Notes under the pieces: model-generated
The model's input: only the letters and a program-made list of their open reading frames with translations
The model's database searches: none
What the model was told of the DNA's origin: nothing
Shown: positions 54,751-63,316 of the stretch, piece by piece
Layout of the letters: each line of letters begins with the position of its first letter
Numbering within the stretch: the first letter of the stretch is position 1
DNA from: Acidimicrobiales bacterium
GTDB lineage: Bacteria; Actinomycetota; Acidimicrobiia; Acidimicrobiales; Bog-793
Direction: 5' to 3'
Assembly: GCA_050015255.1 (NCBI GenBank)
Contig: JBEKBT010000015.1
Location: 3,117 to 67,116 of the forward strand
Length of the DNA: 64,000 bases
Program-made: the position numbers and the translations under genes

Positions 54751-56081
54751 GCCTCCAGCTCCGTCCTCGGCCCGCCCCTGGCCCTGACACCCGCGACGAG
54801 CGGGGTGAGCAGGACGGCGCAGGTCAACAAGTCGAGCGGGTAGATGAGGTACCCGAAGCGGGTGGCCGGCGCGAGCAGCGTTGCCAGCAGCATGGCGAGA
54901 CCGCTGAAACCAGCCGCGCTCTGAGGGCTCGAGGGTGGCCACCGCCGAAGCCCGTAGGCGACGGTCGCGAGGCCTATGAACCCGAGGAGGGAGATCAGCT
55001 CCGGCTTGACCGATGGGAACAGCACGACCAGCTCCTGGCCGAGGAGCGGGCTCGCCGCCGGCGACTTCACCTTCGTCAGCCCGAGCGGGAACTTGATGGC
55101 GTTGGTGACAAAAGCATGCCAGTTCGAGCCGATGCCGATACCGAGAACTGGGACGACAACCGCCGCGACGGCGAGCGAGTACCGCAATATCGCGCGGCGG
55201 CCCCGCCGGTCATACTCGCCCAGCGCCAGCAGGATCAAAAGCGGCCAGGCAGTGAACTTCAAGGTGCCGGCGAGTCCCATCGCCAGCCCTGACCAGACCG
55301 GTCTTCGCCGGGTCGCCAGCGCCAGTCCGAGGACCAACAAGGCGATCACCGGGAGGTCGTCGCCGCCCGTGACCATCGGCAGGGCTCCGCTCGGCAGGAC
55401 GACGACCACTTGGAACAGGCGCCAGCGCCGCCGGGAGGGGACCTCCGCTATGAGCAGCGCCCCGGTGATCACGATCAGCGAGAACCCGGTCAGTGGGATC
55501 CTCGCGTCCTTGAGCTCGGCCGGCCCAGAGGTGGCGTTGATGAGGCCGAAGGGGATCATGCCCGGTAGGTAGGGGAAGAAGGAGTCCTCCGACTGGCTCG
55601 TGACCGATGTGCCTATCGTCTTGGGGTTCGACAGGTAGCACTGCTGGTGGTGCACCACCCGATCGGCGCAGGTCTCTATGACCACCACCTCGTTCTGCAC
55701 CTCGTCACCGGGATGGTGCTCGGCACGGAGCACCACCTCGACGCTGAGTGGGACAAGCATGACCGTCACGAGGAGCCCGAGAATGACACCGTTTCGCAGG
55801 CGGTCGCGCCGGTTTGCCGCCCCCGCCTCATCCGGCCGACGCGAGCGGTGCCGTGCCACCGCCCAGCACAGGGCTGCCCCGACGACATAGGGGCCGACCG
55901 CCATCTCTGCCCACTGGCGATAGTCGGCGCTCTCCCCGAGCAGGATCGTGCCGAACGCGAGCATCGCCGCCAGCAGATAGAGGCAGGCGTCCTGGTCGAG
56001 AACCGAGAGGGCCACCAGACGATCCCGCCAGCGAAGCGCAAGATCCCGCCAGCGAAGCGTTGTGCGCGAGATCGCGGGCAT
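54690..56081 (-). CDS. polytopic membrane protein, GT87/DUF2029-like (polyprenol-phosphate-dependent glycosyltransferase-like)
   Basis: More than 10 hydrophobic helices, with an architecture typical of actinobacterial GT-C mannosyltransferase-like proteins. The family assignment rests on overall pattern only. The start is taken as the ATG at 56081. Confidence 0.5.
   Translation of the reverse strand: MPAISRTTLRWRDLALRWRDRLVALSVLDQDACLYLLAAMLAFGTILLGESADYRQWAEMAVGPYVVGAALCWAVARHRSRRPDEAGAANRRDRLRNGVILGLLVTVMLVPLSVEVVLRAEHHPGDEVQNEVVVIETCADRVVHHQQCYLSNPKTIGTSVTSQSEDSFFPYLPGMIPFGLINATSGPAELKDARIPLTGFSLIVITGALLIAEVPSRRRWRLFQVVVVLPSGALPMVTGGDDLPVIALLVLGLALATRRRPVWSGLAMGLAGTLKFTAWPLLILLALGEYDRRGRRAILRYSLAVAAVVVPVLGIGIGSNWHAFVTNAIKFPLGLTKVKSPAASPLLGQELVVLFPSVKPELISLLGFIGLATVAYGLRRWPPSSPQSAAGFSGLAMLLATLLAPATRFGYLIYPLDLLTCAVLLTPLVAGVRARGGPRTELEAQDASGTSNSLSVSPITAEV
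56016..56062 (-). repeat. 2 x 21-bp in-frame tandem duplication
   Basis: gatcccgccagcgaagcg occurs twice, 21 nt apart, encoding LRWRDLA/LRWRDRL near the N-terminus of the membrane protein. Confidence 0.8.
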
Positions 56082-56175
56082 CTTGCAGAGCGTATCGGGC
56101 CGCGGGTGCCAGAGGGCTGGCACAGCAAGGCCGCCCACACTGAGGCGGGCGGCCTTGTGCGGATTCGAGCCTGTC

Positions 56176-56811
56176 CTAGAGGTCGGGCTGAGGTGTGTAA
56201 CGCAGGTAGGGCTTTACCGCCCGGAATCCCTTCGGGAACTTCACCTTGGCGTCCTCGTCGCTCACGGCCGGGACGATGATGACGTCTTCGCCCTCGTGCC
56301 AGTTCACGGGCGTCGCCACCGAATAGCCTGCCGTGAGCTGCAACGACTCGAGCACCCGGAGGATCTCCTCGAAGTTGCGCCCCGTGCTCGCAGGGTAGGT
56401 GATCGTCAGCTTCACCTTCTTGTCCGGGCCGATCACGAACACCGAGCGCACGGTCAAGGTGTCGCTCGCGTTCGGGTGGATCATCCCGTAGAGGTCCGAA
56501 ACCTTGCGATCCGAGTCGGCGACGAGCGGGAAGTTGAGCGCGTAGCCGGTGGCATCGGCGATGTCTCCCACCCAGCGCTTGTGGGAGTCGAGCGAGTCGA
56601 CCGACAAACCGATGACCTTCGCGTTGCGCTTCTCGAACTCGCCTTTGAGACGCGAGACCTCTCCGAGCTCGGTCGTGCAGACCGGGGTGAAGTCCTTCGG
56701 GTGCGAGAAGAGGATCCCCCACCGGTCGCCCAGCCAGTCGTGGAAACTAATTGTCCCCTCTGTGGTCTCAGCCGTGAAATCGGGGGCAACGTCGCCCAGC
56801 TGAAGTGCCAT
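56176..56811 (-). CDS. 1-Cys peroxiredoxin (Prx6-type)
   Basis: Peroxidatic Cys motif FSHPKDFTPVCTTE, with no resolving-Cys motif. 211 aa from the ATG at 56811. Confidence 0.9.
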   Translation of the reverse strand: MALQLGDVAPDFTAETTEGTISFHDWLGDRWGILFSHPKDFTPVCTTELGEVSRLKGEFEKRNAKVIGLSVDSLDSHKRWVGDIADATGYALNFPLVADSDRKVSDLYGMIHPNASDTLTVRSVFVIGPDKKVKLTITYPASTGRNFEEILRVLESLQLTAGYSVATPVNWHEGEDVIIVPAVSDEDAKVKFPKGFRAVKPYLRYTPQPDL

Positions 56812-56873
56812 ATCTTGTCTCCTGTCGTTGATCCGATACCGTCCCCGGCCGCTCAGGCCGTGATGCTTGGGCG

Positions 56874-58001
56874 ATGACATTAGTCGGGTTTCATTCCGGC
56901 CATGCCGGCAGCGGTCTGCCAGTTTGCGGCGGCGGCGCGCACCTTTGGCCTAGCTTCGCCGGCGTGCTGAACGACGACATCGCACATTGCGCCATCCCGC
57001 TCCCAGTGCTTGTCCCTGTCCCTTGCCCGGTTCCGGCGACGGGTGTGAAGGCACAAGGCGGATTCGGTGTCTGCGGAGTCTGCCGCGGCGCTGCTACCAG
57101 CGGGCTGGGAACTTGCTGGAGCTGCCGTGTCGTTCGCCGGCAGCTCGGCACCAAGCTCACGCCCGTCGTCCCGATCTCGCTGTTCTCCCCCGGCTCAGCG
57201 CTGCATGAGCTGCTCGTCGGGTACAAGGCCGCTCCATCGCGAACGGCCCGCCTTGAACGCCAGGGGTCGCTGGCCCGTCTCGTGGGCGACTTCTTCGGCC
57301 TCCATCTTCGCTGCCTGGTCGGAGAGGTCCTCGAGGGCGAGCTCGCCACCCTCGCCGTCCCGGTCCCGTCGAGCTCGGAGCAGCGTCCGTCCTGGGGCGG
57401 GCAGCACCCACTCGTCGGACTGCTCAGATCGGCCGTCGCCACACAGCCCGATCTGTGCGTGGCGCCGGTGATCGTCAAGGGTGCCGAGACGCTCTGGCAC
57501 CTTCGCGCCAGTCCACGGGGCTTTCGCCCCGTCGTCTCCGTCGCGGGCCGGCGAGTGCTCGTGCTCGACGACACCTACACCTCCGGCGCCCGATCCCAGA
57601 GCGCCGCCGCAGCCCTGTCGGGCGCCGGGGCCGACGTGGTCGCAATCGTCCCGATCGGTCGGCTCATCCACCCTGACCACAACGAGGCGACCAGCGCCCT
57701 GTGGACGCACCAGCAGCAAGAGCCGTTCGACCCTCGTCGGTGCGCCGGCCCGTGCCGGCGCGGGCAACTCGGCTCCGACGGGGGCGCGGGCTTGGTGGCA
57801 GAAGCCGGCTCGGCGGCACAGAGCCGCCCTCGGCGCGAGCAGCCTCTGAGCGAACAGCCTCTGAGCGAGCAGCCTCTAAGCGAGCAGCAGCCGCCCGAGC
57901 CGGCGCGAGGCGCCTACCAGGCCGACCAGGCCGAGAAAGCCCAGGTAGCACGCGTGCACGAGAAGCACCGGACCGATCGCACCAGTGTCGAGGCCGCGTA
58001 G
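56874..58001 (+). CDS. ComF-like phosphoribosyltransferase-domain protein with an N-terminal Cys-rich zinc ribbon
   Basis: Cys pairs CGVC...CWSC and a PRPP-binding loop (VLVLDDTYTSGARS). The long low-complexity tail contains (EQPLS)3. The start is uncertain. Confidence 0.6.
   Translation: MTLVGFHSGHAGSGLPVCGGGAHLWPSFAGVLNDDIAHCAIPLPVLVPVPCPVPATGVKAQGGFGVCGVCRGAATSGLGTCWSCRVVRRQLGTKLTPVVPISLFSPGSALHELLVGYKAAPSRTARLERQGSLARLVGDFFGLHLRCLVGEVLEGELATLAVPVPSSSEQRPSWGGQHPLVGLLRSAVATQPDLCVAPVIVKGAETLWHLRASPRGFRPVVSVAGRRVLVLDDTYTSGARSQSAAAALSGAGADVVAIVPIGRLIHPDHNEATSALWTHQQQEPFDPRRCAGPCRRGQLGSDGGAGLVAEAGSAAQSRPRREQPLSEQPLSEQPLSEQQPPEPARGAYQADQAEKAQVARVHEKHRTDRTSVEAA
57841..57885. repeat. 3 x 15-bp tandem repeat
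   Basis: The units are agcctctgagcgaac, agcctctgagcgagc and agcctctaagcgagc. They lie in the 126-bp overlap of two convergent ORFs. Confidence 0.85.
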
Positions 58002-58700
58002 AAGGGCGACGCCTTGGTAGAGAGGTGTGACGGTGACGAGGACCCTGACCCACTCGGGGTACAGCGAGAGCGGGTAGAACACCCCCGAGAACAAGAACAG
58101 CGGCATGATCGCAAGCGAGATCAGGTCGAAGTCCTGCCAGCTGCGCATGTAACAGGTGCCGAACATCCCCATTCCCCCGAAGGCGAAGCTCACGAGCATG
58201 GCCGCGGGCAGGCAGAGCACGGCCCACCAAGAGGCGACCAACCCGAGCGCTGCCATCACCGCGAGGAACGCGATCGAATAGATGGTGCCGCGAATCAGCG
58301 ACCAGGTCAGTTCCCCGATGGCCACGTCGCGAACCCCGAGCGGCGTCGCGAGCACGGCGTCGTATGTCTTGGCGATCTTGAGCTTGAAGAAGATCCCGAA
58401 GGTGGAGTCGAAGATGGCGCCGTTCATCGCCGAGGAGGCGAGAAGGCCCGGAGCGACGTAGTCGGTGTACGGGATCGACCGGCCGCTTAGCTCGAGGTGG
58501 CCCACGAGATGGTTCAGACCGAGGCCAATCGAGAGCAGGTAGAACAACGGCTCGAAGAAGCCCGACACGAGGAAGATCCACCCCCGCCGGTAAGCGACGA
58601 CGTTACGTGCGACGAGCCGGCGCGCCCGGCCCCGGGCCGGCCCGAGCGGTGGGAGGACCCGAAGTGGCAGGCTGAATGCCGGTGCAGCGGAGGTGCTCAT
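57876..58700 (-). CDS. ABC-2 type transporter permease
   Basis: 274-aa protein with 6 transmembrane helices, paralogous by eye to the adjacent permease (shared motifs YRRxW, FxPxxYLL, TPLG/EV). It is the last gene of the exporter operon. Confidence 0.8.
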   Translation of the reverse strand: MSTSAAPAFSLPLRVLPPLGPARGRARRLVARNVVAYRRGWIFLVSGFFEPLFYLLSIGLGLNHLVGHLELSGRSIPYTDYVAPGLLASSAMNGAIFDSTFGIFFKLKIAKTYDAVLATPLGVRDVAIGELTWSLIRGTIYSIAFLAVMAALGLVASWWAVLCLPAAMLVSFAFGGMGMFGTCYMRSWQDFDLISLAIMPLFLFSGVFYPLSLYPEWVRVLVTVTPLYQGVALLRGLDTGAIGPVLLVHACYLGFLGLVGLVGASRRLGRLLLA

Positions 58701-58710
58701 GACCCCCGCC

Positions 58711-59538
58711 TCATTGCACGAGCCTCCGGCGATAGGTGGCCCTTGCCGCCAGCACTCCGGCGACGAGCATCAAGACGAGGTACCCGGCATGCCCGAGGTC
58801 GTACCAACCTTCGAGACGGCCGAGCACTAGAGCGCGGCAAAGGCTCACGCCTTGGTACAGCGGGGTGCAGCGGGCGACGACCTGCAACCAGCCGGGCAAC
58901 TGCGTTACCGGAAAGAACGTGCCGGAGAACAAAAAGAGGGGAACGATGACAAAGCGGAAGAGCATGATGAAGGACTGGTCGGTCTCCTGAGTTGCGCTGA
59001 AGGCCATCACCGGCGCAGCAAAGGCCGCACCCGTGAGGACCGCGGCCGGGAACGCGGCCGCCGCCCACGCCGAAGGCACGGTGTGGAACGCCGTCATCAC
59101 GGCGAGGAAGACGCCGGAGGCCAAAGCGACGCGGGTCACTATCCAGAGAAGGTGGCCATAGAGCACGTCTGTCACCTCGAGCGGCGTGGCGAGCATGGCG
59201 AAATAGGTCTTGAGCCACTTGATCCCGGCCATGACCGGGAACGTCGACTCGTTCGTACCGATCTGCATCGCCGTGCCCGCCAGCAGCCCGGGGGCGAGGA
59301 ACCAGATGTAGGGCACGCCCTCGACTGCCTGTCTCGAGCCGTGATCGATGAGGTGGCCGAGGCCGACACCGATGGCGGCGAGATAGAGGACAGGGTAGAG
59401 GAAGGTCGTCGTGAGCGAGCCTCTCCAGGTTCGCCTGTAGGCAAGAAGGCTGTACTGATACGCCCGCAGCGCAAGTGGCACCCGTCTCCTGGAGGGCGGG
59501 ATCGACACATCTCGCGACGGCCTTGTCGGCAGGCTCAA
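58711..59538 (-). CDS. ABC-2 type transporter permease
   Basis: 275-aa protein with 6 transmembrane helices. It has a 4-nt overlap with the ATPase gene end. Confidence 0.8.
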   Translation of the reverse strand: MSLPTRPSRDVSIPPSRRRVPLALRAYQYSLLAYRRTWRGSLTTTFLYPVLYLAAIGVGLGHLIDHGSRQAVEGVPYIWFLAPGLLAGTAMQIGTNESTFPVMAGIKWLKTYFAMLATPLEVTDVLYGHLLWIVTRVALASGVFLAVMTAFHTVPSAWAAAAFPAAVLTGAAFAAPVMAFSATQETDQSFIMLFRFVIVPLFLFSGTFFPVTQLPGWLQVVARCTPLYQGVSLCRALVLGRLEGWYDLGHAGYLVLMLVAGVLAARATYRRRLVQ

Positions 59539-60599
59539 TCGACCAGGCTCCGCCCGGTCAGGTGCAAGAAGACGTCCTCGAGAGTCGAACGCCTCACCAA
59601 AGCCGCTATCGGCGACTTGCCGCGAGACCTCACAGCATCGAGCGTCGCGTCGCCCTCGTCTGTGTAGAGGAGCAACCGGTCGGGCAGCACCTCGACCCGC
59701 TCGGCGAGATCGGCCAACGTTCTGCCGTGGGTCTCGTGTCCCTCGGCTTCAAAGCGCAGTTCCACCACCTCGCGGGTGGACCACTGCTCGATCAGCTCGC
59801 GAGGCGAACCGGAAGCGGCGATGCGCCCGGCGTCCATCACCACGAGCCGGTCGCAGAGCTGCTCGGCCTCGTCCATGTAGTGCGTCGTGATCACAAGCGT
59901 CACGCCCTCCCGCTTCAGCCGGTAGAGCCGGTCCTAGAGAAGGTGGCGTGCCTGGGGGTCGAGACCTGTCGTCGGCTCGTCCAGGATCACCAGGTCGGGC
60001 GAGGACACGAGCGCCCGCGCGATGGTGAGCCGGCGCCGCATGCCCCCCGACAGCGGGTCCACGCGATCGTCGGCTCGCTCCGTGAGCCGGGCGAATTCCA
60101 GCAGCTGGTCGACGCGCTCCCGCAGCTGTCTTTTCGGGAGTCCGAAGTACCGCCCGTAAAGATAGAGATTGTCCCGCACGGTCAACTCGAGATCGAGCGT
60201 GTCGTCCTGAGGGACGAGGCCGATCCGGCTCCGTATCCGCGAGCCGTCGCGCATGGGGTCCAGTCCCAGAACACGCAGGGTCCCGCCCGAGACCGGCGAA
60301 AGGCAGGCGATCATCCGCATCGTCGAGGTCTTGCCTGCCCCGTTGGGGCCGAGAAACCCGAAGGCCTCTCCGGCTTGAATGTCGAAGTCGACCGAATCGA
60401 CGGCGGTGAAATCGCCAAAGCGCTTCGTGAGCCCCCGCGCCTGGACCACGGCACCGGTCCCAGCACCGAGGCCGGCCTCGGGAGCGGTTCCGGGGCCGGC
60501 CTCGGGAGCGGAGGTCGACTCGACTGCCCGGGCCAGGCGCGACAGGTCAGATGGGCTGCCTAAGTGTTGCTTGACAAGCTCATCGCCGCCCGAAGGCAT
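59535..60599 (-). pseudogene. DrrA/NodI-like ABC exporter ATP-binding gene interrupted by one in-frame TAG (59934-59936)
   Basis: Track ORFs 59934..60599 (Walker A GPNGAGKTST, signature LSGGMRRRL, Walker B LVILDEPTTGLD) and 59535..59903 (H-loop TTHYMDEAE plus a C-terminal domain) are in the same frame. The junction reads [32 protein letters not shown], where family members have Trp (TGG). Confidence 0.8.
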
Positions 60600-60696
60600 C
60601 TTCGCTCCTGCCCAAACTGCGTGACCACGCCGTCTCGGCCCACGGGCTGGCGCCGGGACGGATCGGGCGGACTCCAGGCCCTAGACTCTCTCTAGC

Positions 60697-62223
60697 GTGC
60701 AGCAAGCTCCCGATTGGCGCCGTTTCCGGGCCGGCGTGGCCGTCCTCGTAGTGTCCATGGGAGCCGCCACAGCCGCCATGCTCCCGTTTCGGAGCCATGT
60801 GAGCGTAGCCGCAGCTGCGCTCGTCTTTGTCCTGCCCGTCGTTGGCGCCATGGTGATCGGGGGCGCCTGGGTCGGGCTCCTCGCCGTCGTTCTCGGCTTC
60901 ATCGTGCTCGACGTCGCCTTCGTCCCACCGTACGGGACGCTCGCGGTAGGTAGCGGCCAGAACTGGCTCGCGCTCGTCGTGTACGTCGCAGTCGTCCTGG
61001 TCGTAGCACGGGTCGTTTCCCGGCTGCAGCAACTTCGGGGCGACGCCGCGCGCAACGCGGCCGACTCGCGACGGCTTCTCGAGCTGTCCGATCTGCTCGT
61101 GGCGGACAAGCCAGTGTCAGAGATGCTCGGCGTCGTCGCCTCGAGTGTCCGCAAGGCCTTCGACCTCGAGACCGTGGCGCTGCTGCTGCCTTCGGAGGAG
61201 ACGGGCTACCTCGAGATCACGGCATCCGACGGGGTCGAGCTCAAAGGCGAGTCACTGGAGCGCATCTTGCCTCCACCGGGCACGCCGGCCTCACTGACCG
61301 GCAGCATCGTCGCCGGCGCGTTGCTGCGACAGATTCCGTTGGCGGCCGCCGGGCGCCCTGTCGGGCTCCTCGTTCTTCGTGGCCCGGCGCTCGACGTCCA
61401 CGATCGTGCCCTGCTGGCGACCTACACCAACCACGCCGCCCTTGCGATCGAGCGTGCCCAGCTGCGCGACCAGGCCTTGCGGGCGGACCTCCTCCAGGAG
61501 GTCGACGAGTGGCGCGCCGCGCTCGTCGGCACAGTTGCGCACGACCTGCGTACCCCGCTCGCCTCCATCAAGGTCGCCGTGTCAGACCTGCGCGAGCCGG
61601 GGATCGTGCTGACCGAGACGGCACGCCGCGACCTGCTGGAGACGATCGAGGAGCAGACCGATCGCTTGACGCGCCTCGTCAGCACCGTGCTCGACCTTTG
61701 GAGGCTCGAAGCGGGCGCCCGCCGGCCGAAACGCGAGCCTGTCGCAGTTGACGACCTGATTGACGAGGCCACTGCCCTCGTTGAGACGTCGCTGGACGCG
61801 TCGCGCCTGCGCAGGGTCATCGCGCCGGACCTTCCGCCCCTCGAGGTGGACCCCACGCTCATCGCACAAGCATTGGCGAACCTGCTGGAGAACGCCGCCA
61901 GGCACAACCCGCCCGGTGCCGAGATCCTCGTGGAGGCGACGCGCCGGCGCGGGCACGGGGACGAAATCGAGCTCGCTGTCTCCGATTCGGGCCCTGGGGT
62001 GCCGCCCGACCAACGAGAGATGATCTTCGAGCTGTTCCACCGCGGCGCCGGTGGGGGGCGAGCCGGGCTCGGACTGGCGATCGCAAAGGCGTTCGTGGAG
62101 GTGCACGGCGGCCGCATCGGAGTAGGAGGCGCCCGCGGGGGCGGGGCTCGCTTTGTCATGACCGTGCCGGCGGCCCCGGCGCTCGCCGCCAAGCTTCCCG
62201 CCGAGGACGGGGTCTTCTCGTGA
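60697..62223 (+). CDS. sensor histidine kinase, KdpD C-terminal type (DUF4118 membrane domain, GAF-like, HisKA, HATPase_c)
   Basis: 4-helix membrane module, H-box (VAHDLRTPL), N-box (NLLENAARHN) and G-boxes (DSGPGV, GLGLAIA). There is no N-terminal KdpD/Usp sensor domain. Confidence 0.85.
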   Translation: MQQAPDWRRFRAGVAVLVVSMGAATAAMLPFRSHVSVAAAALVFVLPVVGAMVIGGAWVGLLAVVLGFIVLDVAFVPPYGTLAVGSGQNWLALVVYVAVVLVVARVVSRLQQLRGDAARNAADSRRLLELSDLLVADKPVSEMLGVVASSVRKAFDLETVALLLPSEETGYLEITASDGVELKGESLERILPPPGTPASLTGSIVAGALLRQIPLAAAGRPVGLLVLRGPALDVHDRALLATYTNHAALAIERAQLRDQALRADLLQEVDEWRAALVGTVAHDLRTPLASIKVAVSDLREPGIVLTETARRDLLETIEEQTDRLTRLVSTVLDLWRLEAGARRPKREPVAVDDLIDEATALVETSLDASRLRRVIAPDLPPLEVDPTLIAQALANLLENAARHNPPGAEILVEATRRRGHGDEIELAVSDSGPGVPPDQREMIFELFHRGAGGGRAGLGLAIAKAFVEVHGGRIGVGGARGGGARFVMTVPAAPALAAKLPAEDGVFS

Positions 62224-63002
62224 CCCGGGTGCTCGTCGTCGACGACGACCCAGCCCTCTTGCGAGCCCTCCGGATAGGCCTTGACGCACGAGGCTTCGAT
62301 GTCATCGTGGCCCGAACCGGGTCCGAAGGGCTCTCGCGCGCGGCCCAAGCCACGCCCGAGCTCATCGTGCTCGACCTCGGGCTGCCCGACCTCGACGGCG
62401 TCGAGGTCTGCAGGCGGCTACGACAGTGGACCGAGGTGCCGGTGATCGTGCTGTCCGCCCTCGACAGCGAGGACCGCAAGGTGCTCGCCCTGGACAGTGG
62501 CGCCGACGACTACGTCACCAAGCCGTTCGGCATGCAGGAGCTGGAGGCTCGACTCCGGGTCGCCCTCAGGCACGCGGCCGCCCGGGACCCCTCCTCGGCC
62601 CTTGTGACAATGACTGTGGGACCTATCTCCTTGGACCTCGCCGCTCGTGTGGTCGAGGTCGGGGGCAGGCCGGTCGACTTGACGGCTCGCGAGTTCGACC
62701 TGTTGGCGTTTCTGGCCCGTAACGCCGGCAAGGTCTGCACCCACAGGACCATCCTCCGCGAGGTCTGGGGGCCCGGCTACGGGAACGAGACGCACTACTT
62801 GCGCGTCTATGCCAGCCGGTTGCGCCGCAAGCTGGGTGAGGAGGCGGGCCCGCTCCTGCGGACGAACCCGGGAGTCGGCTACCAGCTCGTGGACGAGCGG
62901 CCGGGTGAGCCCCCCGGCTCTGGTGGGGGTGGAGGTGCCTGCCATGACGTCGCGGAACCAGGTGCTGGTGATTCCGAACCACCGGACGCCGGAGGGGTCT
63001 GA
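62220..63002 (+). CDS. OmpR/KdpE-family response regulator
   Basis: Receiver domain (VLVVDDD, LDLGLPDLDG, KPF) and a winged-helix output domain (LTAREFDLLAFLARNAG, VGYQL). About 35 aa of Gly/Pro-rich C-terminal extension follow. The start overlaps the kinase stop by 4 nt. Confidence 0.88.
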   Translation: MTRVLVVDDDPALLRALRIGLDARGFDVIVARTGSEGLSRAAQATPELIVLDLGLPDLDGVEVCRRLRQWTEVPVIVLSALDSEDRKVLALDSGADDYVTKPFGMQELEARLRVALRHAAARDPSSALVTMTVGPISLDLAARVVEVGGRPVDLTAREFDLLAFLARNAGKVCTHRTILREVWGPGYGNETHYLRVYASRLRRKLGEEAGPLLRTNPGVGYQLVDERPGEPPGSGGGGGACHDVAEPGAGDSEPPDAGGV

Positions 63003-63163
63003 CCGCCGGAGGGCGGCTGCCAGCTGGACGGAGGAGCCTGAACAGGGCCGGAGCCATAGCCCGCAGGGCCGGATCCATAGCCCGCAGGGCCGGAGCCATA
63101 GCCCGCAGGGCCGGAGCCATAGCCAGCAGGGCCCGGCCCGACCACGCTTGCCAAGATGAGCAT
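62879..63163 (-). CDS. hypothetical Gly/Pro-rich protein with (GPAGYGS)4
   Basis: 94-aa ORF with an ATG preceded by GAGAGG. It overlaps the response-regulator 3' end by 124 bp, so whether it is really coding is doubtful. Its repeat composition matches the tail of the neighbouring membrane protein. Confidence 0.3.
   Translation of the reverse strand: MLILASVVGPGPAGYGSGPAGYGSGPAGYGSGPAGYGSGPVQAPPSSWQPPSGGQTPPASGGSESPAPGSATSWQAPPPPPEPGGSPGRSSTSW
63045..63133 (-). repeat. 4 x 21-bp tandem repeat
   Basis: The plus-strand unit gggccggagccatagcccgca is reiterated with 1-2 substitutions per unit. Confidence 0.9.
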
Positions 63164-63250
63164 CTTCGACCGCCTCTCGCGGGGACACTCCGTGCTGTCT
63201 AAGTCAGCGGCCGGGGACCCGCCTTGGAGGCGAGCGTAGACCGCACAAGC

Positions 63251-63280
63251 GGCCGGGCGCAGCAGCTGCCGCGCCCGGCC
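63251..63280 (-). terminator. GC-rich hairpin downstream of the Pro/Gly-rich membrane protein gene
   Basis: ggccgggcgc-agcagctgcc-gcgcccggcc forms a 10-bp perfect outer stem, 37 nt after the stop at 63317. Confidence 0.5.
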
Positions 63281-63316
63281 ATCACCTGGCCGTCCGCTCG
63301 GCGAAGGTGAGCCGGT

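Noticed and set aside
60672-60690. An inverted repeat CTAGA-5 nt-TCTAG immediately upstream of the histidine kinase start.
   Set aside because: The arms are only 5 bp, which is too short to call an operator without comparative or experimental support. It is mentioned only as something to test in the two-component finding.
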